Assembly: GCF_000283555.1 (NCBI RefSeq)
Contig: NC_016012.1
Span: forward strand, 960,001 to 992,000
Direction of reading: 5' to 3'
Source: Candidatus Arthromitus sp. SFB-rat-Yit
GTDB taxonomy: Bacteria; Bacillota; Clostridia; Clostridiales; Clostridiaceae
Length of the DNA stretch: 32,000 nt
How positions within the stretch are numbered: the stretch's first letter is position 1; the number at the start of each line of letters is the position of its first letter. The notes beneath the pieces are model-generated. The model had not been told where the DNA came from. It searched no databases and was given only the letters and a program-made list of their open reading frames with translations. Positions 26,510-32,000 of the stretch are shown here, one piece after another. A program made the position numbers and the translations under genes.

Positions 26510-29500
26510 TTAATATATCAATTGAAGTTTAGTCACTAACTCTTTAAACTCTGGTTGATCCATCATTTCTCTCGCAATCTTAATCCTTAACTCAGCTATA
26601 GACTTAACTTGATCTTTGTATTCATCATATTTTCTTTCCCAATAGTTTTGGCCATCACCGTCTGGCTCTCTATTAACTATCAATGAATACATTGTCGTAA
26701 CAAACTTCGATTTACTTAACTCTCTATCAACAAATTCTGGCTGAGTCATTAAATTCTCTGCAATAAATTCTGTAGCTGAAAGTTCTTTTGATGTCAATTT
26801 ATTAATCCAGAAATTCCATCCTTCAACTTCTGGCTCACGTCCAAGTGCTATTGTATAAACTCTTGAAACAAAATTTGCAATATCTCCTGTTGGCTTAACA
26901 ATTTCTTCACTTGTTGTAAATGGACTCAACTCATACTTACTTGTTAATTTATTTTCTAACGTAAATGTTGCAACAAGTTCACTATATTCTTTATTTGGTT
27001 CAAGATTATAAAGTGTTATGGTATTGGTATCTTTGTCCCAAGAACTTCTTATAACATTAGAATTTTTATCTCTAACTTCTACTGATTTAATACCTGATTT
27101 TAAATTTTCATAATAATCAAGTTTTATACTTACTTCATTTCCTTTTACACTTGCAATATCAGACTTAACATCTACTTCTGGAACAGATGGCGTCATAACT
27201 TTCAAATATCTTGTTAACACTTTATCATTGCCACTTGCATCTTTATAATTAAATTCTAGAGTTATCGTTGTAGTAGAATTAGGTTTTAATCCTGTTATAT
27301 CTAAATATGAATCTTTAAATTCAACCTTTGCATCTGCATTATTTGCTACAGGTTTAAAAGTCATTCCTGATATCCTTCCATGAATATCATCAACAAAAAT
27401 TGGAACTCTTGCTTTTCTTGCATAATCACTCTTAAACTCATCGTTTATTACCACATTGATATCATTCAAGCCTGTTAAAGCTTCCTTCTCTGTCCTGTTA
27501 TCCATTTTTGTATTATTAGGATCAGACTTATAAATATTTCCTATTGATTGTCTTGTTGATTTTTCTGTACCTGTTTCATCTTTATAGCTAAGTTCAAAAA
27601 TAACATGACCATAATCAGTGTTAGGTGTAAGATTTGTTAAAGTTACTATATAATAATTAGTTTTTGTTTTGCTATCCTCAATCTTTTTAACTTCAGATTT
27701 TTCAGTTGAAGTTAAAGAAAGAATTTGCAAATCTCCAATATTTCCTTCACTGTTATCAACCTTAACTATATATCTAAGTGCTGTAGAATCATTTTTAACT
27801 GGTTTTACTTTTAACCCATTAGGTAAAGTAACATCGTCATTTACATTACCAGAACCTAATTCTATTTTTGGTTCAGAAACCTTAGTTGTCCTAACTGTCA
27901 ATTGGTTAGCCGTAATATTATTACTTGAATCTACGTTAGCTAAATCGATAGTAACTGTTTCATCTTGCACTCCAATATTTGAAGTTACAAGAAGTTTCGT
28001 GAATGTGTATGACGTATCTCTCTCAAGGCTATTTACTTGAATATAATATCCCTTATCTTTATTTGATGGGTCAACAGGCACCAAACTACATGCATACTTT
28101 GTTCCTCTAGCATCTTGCATTTCAACTTTTGTAATTGTGCTATCTGGATCATCGAAAACTATATTTTTATATTTAATAAATGTTCCACCAGTTACTATTC
28201 CATCTTTAATATTTTGGTAATCTGTCATATCCAAATAAATTCCTGGTTTAATCATTGTTGTTATATATTTTTGTTTTTCAGTTCCTTTATTATTGCTTGC
28301 TGTAGTTTCATATATAAGAGTATTACTACTATCATTCTTAACAGTTAAAGTTGAAGGTGATTTACCTGTTCTACACTCTGGAACTGTAAAACCTGATATA
28401 AATTGATTGTCATTTGCATCAACTTTCAAACTATTTCCATCACTATTAGTTCCACCTATACCGACGAATGTATAATCGGTATTAGTTTTAAGTGTTGTAT
28501 TATCATTTGAAGCCGAACTACTTCTTATCATCATTCTTAATACAATATCTTTAGAATTAATAGTTCTTGCACTTCTCAAAGTTCTTCCTGTTGTCCTCAT
28601 ACCATTTAAATCTATAATACCTCTTACATAATCCTTGTTGCTTGTTGCATCTGGGAATATATCAGAAATAGAAACGTTTACAAGAGTTCCTTTTGGATCT
28701 CTAAACATCAATGTTTTTCCTGTATTATTATCAGAAATTACTTTTTTAAGTGCCTTTTGTAATGCTTCCCTAGCTGTTGTTACTTGTCCTGACCACCCAC
28801 TATTAGAATCTTTAATTGCTTCATCAAAAGCATTTGAAACTAATCCACTTAAATTCTCTTTATTTAATACTTCTCCTGATAATTTAAAGCTTAAATAAAT
28901 AACACCTTGAATATTCCCAGCATCACCTGTACCTACCACTTCACTTGATCCAACACTTCTTACTGGAATAATTTCTCCTATCGTTGTTTTTTCTGCAGTA
29001 GCCTGTGGAACAATACCGCTATCTTGTGTATTTTGTGGGGCAACTACATTAGCTTTATTTTGAGATTCACTAGCTGATGGTGTTACTTCTGCACTATTGA
29101 TTGCATTATTTAAACTTCCAGTATTTCCTTGAGATGAACTATTTATTTTACTATCAGTTGTATCATTTATCATTGAATCAACATCATCTTGAACAATAGC
29201 TCCACCAAATCCTGTCATAGTATTTCCATTATTAAACGAATTAACATTATCGTTTGATATTATTTCATCAGATGGAGTCATTTGATAATCTGTCATTGTT
29301 TGATCAAATAAGTTTACATCATTTGATTCTGGATTCATTTTTAAGTTATCTGTTACTTCATTATCTTGAGTTCCATAAATATCGTATGGAGCTACATCAT
29401 ATGGAGCTACATTATTATCAAAATTATTTTTTTCATCTATTATTGATGTTTCATCTATAATTTCATCACCATAATTAACATTTGGATAAGTTTCAGAACC

Positions 29501-29722
29501 ATAATCTTGTGAAGTGTTATTAGTATAAGGATTATTTACTCCATATCCATCTCCTGTATATTCCGTAACAGTTCTATCTGCTGCTCTTCTAAATCCACCC
29601 TCTCCTTGTGCTACATTTGCACCATTATCCGCACTTTTATTGTTATTTGATGTGCAACCTGTTAACATACTTGAGGCAACAACTAATCCAGTTAATAGAA
29701 GTGTAATCTTTTTTCTATTCAT
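26510..29722 (-). CDS. Giant paralog P3: lipoprotein signal, N/S/T/D-rich N-terminal region, four FN3/Ig-like motif modules and a C-terminal double DUF4214-like repeat
   Basis: 1070 aa. MNRKKITLLLTGLVVASSMLTGC has the lipobox L-T-G-C. The C-terminus is FVSRVYTIALGREPEVEGWNFWINKL...FVTTMYSLIVNREPDGDGQNYW. Confidence 0.85.
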   Translation of the reverse strand: MNRKKITLLLTGLVVASSMLTGCTSNNNKSADNGANVAQGEGGFRRAADRTVTEYTGDGYGVNNPYTNNTSQDYGSETYPNVNYGDEIIDETSIIDEKNNFDNNVAPYDVAPYDIYGTQDNEVTDNLKMNPESNDVNLFDQTMTDYQMTPSDEIISNDNVNSFNNGNTMTGFGGAIVQDDVDSMINDTTDSKINSSSQGNTGSLNNAINSAEVTPSASESQNKANVVAPQNTQDSGIVPQATAEKTTIGEIIPVRSVGSSEVVGTGDAGNIQGVIYLSFKLSGEVLNKENLSGLVSNAFDEAIKDSNSGWSGQVTTAREALQKALKKVISDNNTGKTLMFRDPKGTLVNVSISDIFPDATSNKDYVRGIIDLNGMRTTGRTLRSARTINSKDIVLRMMIRSSSASNDNTTLKTNTDYTFVGIGGTNSDGNSLKVDANDNQFISGFTVPECRTGKSPSTLTVKNDSSNTLIYETTASNNKGTEKQKYITTMIKPGIYLDMTDYQNIKDGIVTGGTFIKYKNIVFDDPDSTITKVEMQDARGTKYACSLVPVDPSNKDKGYYIQVNSLERDTSYTFTKLLVTSNIGVQDETVTIDLANVDSSNNITANQLTVRTTKVSEPKIELGSGNVNDDVTLPNGLKVKPVKNDSTALRYIVKVDNSEGNIGDLQILSLTSTEKSEVKKIEDSKTKTNYYIVTLTNLTPNTDYGHVIFELSYKDETGTEKSTRQSIGNIYKSDPNNTKMDNRTEKEALTGLNDINVVINDEFKSDYARKARVPIFVDDIHGRISGMTFKPVANNADAKVEFKDSYLDITGLKPNSTTTITLEFNYKDASGNDKVLTRYLKVMTPSVPEVDVKSDIASVKGNEVSIKLDYYENLKSGIKSVEVRDKNSNVIRSSWDKDTNTITLYNLEPNKEYSELVATFTLENKLTSKYELSPFTTSEEIVKPTGDIANFVSRVYTIALGREPEVEGWNFWINKLTSKELSATEFIAENLMTQPEFVDRELSKSKFVTTMYSLIVNREPDGDGQNYWERKYDEYKDQVKSIAELRIKIAREMMDQPEFKELVTKLQLIY
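26736..26893 (-). repeat. 158-nt block about 92% identical to 30001-30158 (first DUF4214 repeat of P3 vs P4)
   Basis: My hand alignment gives 13 mismatches in 158 nt, with perfect runs of 25 and 32 nt. The encoded NFVSRVYTIALGREPEVEGWNFWINKLTSKELSATEFIAENLMTQPEF is identical in P3 and P4. Confidence 0.8.
29385..29414 (-). repeat. In-frame 15-bp tandem duplication in the P3 N-terminal region
   Basis: tatggagctacatca (29385-29399) and tatggagctacatta (29400-29414) match at 14 of 15 positions. They encode the repeated VAPYD-VAPYD. Confidence 0.8.
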
Positions 29723-29774
29723 AACCTTCTTAAAACCTCCTAATTCATAAATAACATTTGTTAATTTATATCAA

Positions 29775-32000
29775 CTAATAATTTAATCCCAATGAAGTTA
29801 CTAAATCTTTAAATTCTTTTTCATTCATCATTTCTCTTGCAATTTTAATTCTCAAACTTGCAACTGTACTTGTTTGTTCTCTATATTCGTTATATTTTCT
29901 TTCCCAATAGCTTTGTCCATCTTCATCTGGAGTTCTGTTAACTATTAATGAATACATAGTTGTAACAAACTGTTGTTTATTTAATTCTCTTTCAATAAAC
30001 TCTGGTTGAGTCATTAGGTTTTCTGCAATAAACTCTGTAGCTGAAAGTTCTTTTGATGTTAATTTATTAATCCAGAAATTCCATCCTTCAACCTCTGGCT
30101 CACGCCCAAGAGCTATTGTATAAACTCTAGATACAAAGTTTGCAACATCTCCTGTTGGTTTTGGAGTAACTGTTCCAGTTTTAAATGTAGTTAATGGATA
30201 TTCTACAATTTCTGTATTTTCAAGAGTAAATTTAGCTATTAATCCTTTAAATTCTGTATTAGCATCCAATCCTTGTACAAGAATTGAATTTGTAGCAGAA
30301 TCCCAATTAGAAGTATATTTTTTACCTGATGAATCTTCAACTGATACAGATTTAATAGGTGATTTTGGAGTTGAATAATAATCAAGTTTAATTGTCGCCT
30401 CATTATCTTTAATAGTAGCCGTATCTGTTTTAATATCTAAATTTCCTATAACTGGAGTTTTTATAGTTACATATTTCCTAATGCTTTGCTCTGTATTTGA
30501 ATCATTATTATAAACAAATTCAAGGGTAATAGTTGTATTTGTATTTGGAGTTAAACCTGATACGTTTACATAAGAACCATCATACTCAACTTTAACATCA
30601 GGATTTGATTCTAATGGAATATAATTCATTCTAACGAATCTTCCATTCATATCATCAATGAATAAAGGAACTCTTGTACTTCTTGCATAATCAGACTTAT
30701 GGTTTGTTTCAATATCTACTGTAAAAGTACTTTGTCCATTAACAGGGTTATTTTCTGTTACGTTATCAACTGTTGCATCATCTCTCTTGCTATTGATTTG
30801 AGCTAATGTTGTTCTAAGAACCCCATTTTTACCATCATAATCTTTATAATCTAATTCTAAGTTAACAAAGTTGTAATCTGTTGCTTTAGAAAGATTACTC
30901 AAAGTTACTACATAATAATTAATCTTAGCTTTCTTATCTACTATTTTTTGAATCTTAGACTCTTCTCCTGGTCTTAAACTTGTTACTCTTAATTCACCGA
31001 TATTATCTTCAGAATTATCAACCTTCAATACATATCTTAATGAAGTTGCATCGTTCTTAACAGCTTGTACGTTTAATCCTCCTGGAAGCGTAACCATTTG
31101 TTTAGGTCCACTTGCTCCTAATTCTAATTTTGGCTCACTAAATGTTGTTGTTTTAATCGGCTTAGTATTTTTAGTTGCAGCTCCGGTTGTTTGCTTCTCT
31201 TTTAATTGAAGAACACTAACTTGTTCTTTACCATCAGTGTTTGAAGTTATATCAATTTCAGTGAAAATATAGTTACTATCAGTTCTTAATCCTGAAATCT
31301 GTAAATACTTACCTTTTGTTTTATCGTCAGGATCAACTTGAATTAATGATCCTGTATAAGTTTTATCCTCTGAATCCTTCATTTCAATCTTTACTATACT
31401 ATCATCAGGATCAACAAATTTAATTCCTTTAAATCTTATAGTTGTACCTCTAGCCTCAACATTATCAGCACTAGTAAAATCAAAATCTCCTACATTAAGA
31501 TAATATTTTTTTGCTAACTGGCTTGTATAAAATGTTCCACTAACCTGTGTAGTAGTCGTATTACCACCAGTAGTAGTTTCTTCATATATTGCATTATTCA
31601 TTACATTTATAGTAGAAGGGGCTTTTGCTGTTGTCGCTTGAGGAATATTTAATCCCGTTAAAATTTTATCATCTTTTATTGGAAGCTCATTATTTTTAAT
31701 ATTGCTTCCTGTTAAACCAACAAATGTATAATTTGTATTTGTAGCTAATTCATCATTACCTTGTCCATCCGCACCTTGTAATCTCATAATAAGAGTAATT
31801 GGAATATCTTGTGAAGTAGCTCTTACAGATCTTTGTCCACTTCCTTTATACATACCATCAATATCAATTATTCTTCTTACGTACTGTGAATTTTGATTCT
31901 TTGGAGGACAGATATTAGCAGCAGTGTATGGTATATTAACTATTTGACCTTTGCTATCTTGGAATGTAAAATTATTACCAGCTGTCACATTAAATATTTC
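29775..32000 (-). CDS. Giant paralog P4 (N-terminus outside the window): four FN3/Ig-like motif modules and a C-terminal double DUF4214-like repeat
   Basis: The ORF-track start at 31988 is a GTG, and the frame stays open to the window edge (EIFN precedes it). The visible 741 aa align with internal regions of P2 and P3, so the gene continues upstream. Stop TAG at 29775-29777. Confidence 0.85.
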   Translation of the reverse strand, partial: EIFNVTAGNNFTFQDSKGQIVNIPYTAANICPPKNQNSQYVRRIIDIDGMYKGSGQRSVRATSQDIPITLIMRLQGADGQGNDELATNTNYTFVGLTGSNIKNNELPIKDDKILTGLNIPQATTAKAPSTINVMNNAIYEETTTGGNTTTTQVSGTFYTSQLAKKYYLNVGDFDFTSADNVEARGTTIRFKGIKFVDPDDSIVKIEMKDSEDKTYTGSLIQVDPDDKTKGKYLQISGLRTDSNYIFTEIDITSNTDGKEQVSVLQLKEKQTTGAATKNTKPIKTTTFSEPKLELGASGPKQMVTLPGGLNVQAVKNDATSLRYVLKVDNSEDNIGELRVTSLRPGEESKIQKIVDKKAKINYYVVTLSNLSKATDYNFVNLELDYKDYDGKNGVLRTTLAQINSKRDDATVDNVTENNPVNGQSTFTVDIETNHKSDYARSTRVPLFIDDMNGRFVRMNYIPLESNPDVKVEYDGSYVNVSGLTPNTNTTITLEFVYNNDSNTEQSIRKYVTIKTPVIGNLDIKTDTATIKDNEATIKLDYYSTPKSPIKSVSVEDSSGKKYTSNWDSATNSILVQGLDANTEFKGLIAKFTLENTEIVEYPLTTFKTGTVTPKPTGDVANFVSRVYTIALGREPEVEGWNFWINKLTSKELSATEFIAENLMTQPEFIERELNKQQFVTTMYSLIVNRTPDEDGQSYWERKYNEYREQTSTVASLRIKIAREMMNEKEFKDLVTSLGLNY
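30001..30158 (-). repeat. 158-nt block about 92% identical to 26736-26893 (P4 copy)
   Basis: See the partner feature at 26736-26893. Confidence 0.8.

Noticed and set aside
27669-29460. Plus-strand ORFs within P3 (27669-28040, 28115-28348, 28635-28898, 29254-29460).
   Set aside because: They are antisense shadow ORFs of a paralog-supported gene.
31986-31988. The GTG at 31988 as the true start of paralog P4.
   Set aside because: The frame remains open to the window edge. The sequence here aligns with internal regions of P2 and P3 (about residue 330 of P3), so the gene is truncated by the window.
19202-32000. Classifying the giant proteins as S-layer (SLH), CWB2, LPXTG-sortase, choline-binding or RTX/cadherin-type adhesins.
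   Set aside because: I could read none of those signatures in the translations: no LPXTG plus hydrophobic tail, no SLH or CWB2 triplets, no GGXGXD nonapeptides. The C-termini are DUF4214-like instead.
1-32000. A scan for CRISPR arrays, tRNA/rRNA genes, IS elements, integrases, phage genes, restriction-modification systems or known defence systems.
   Set aside because: I found no regularly spaced direct repeats, no cloverleaf-like or rRNA-like segments, and no transposase, recombinase or nuclease-like ORFs. The window looks like chromosomal backbone plus an expanded surface-protein family.

Overview
This is an AT-rich, densely coded chromosomal window from an endospore-forming Firmicute. It looks Clostridia-like because an intact spoIIAA-spoIIAB-sigF operon is present; I cannot name the species. 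I saw no rRNA, tRNA, CRISPR array, transposase or integrase. Layout: (1) 1-7.5 kb holds the 3' end of a GH4 phospho-glycosidase gene, convergent with an ascorbate-type PTS catabolic operon on the minus strand (ulaG-ulaC-ulaA-ulaB-X-ulaF-ulaE) and a divergent DeoR regulator. No ulaD is present; a 347-aa beta-propeller-like unknown (X) occupies its slot. (2) 7.5-13.4 kb holds mixed housekeeping and accessory genes: a small basic ORF, cutC, a DUF454/YbaN-like protein, a single-domain globin, a standalone MgsA/RarA C-terminal-domain protein followed by an orphan cellobiose-type PTS IIC, and a 533-aa membrane protein with an internally duplicated SCP2-like module. (3) 13.4-13.9 kb is a 0.5-kb gap between convergent genes with a near-consensus promoter but no convincing gene. 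(4) 13.9-19.1 kb holds the spoIIA operon, a 220-aa unknown, and an M28 peptidase paired with an orphan family-5 solute-binding lipoprotein. (5) 19.2-32.0 kb is the most unusual part. It is a head-to-tail array on the minus strand of four very large paralogous genes (about 1070-1160 aa; the fourth runs off the window). All four share a collinear C-terminal scaffold of four FN3/Ig-like motif modules plus a double DUF4214-like repeat. Their N-termini are unrelated and low-complexity, and their export signals differ (none, signal peptide, lipoprotein). The 3' ends show mosaic near-identity. A small DUF1659-like ORF sits inside the array. All family assignments come from reading the translations against remembered family signatures; no searches were run.
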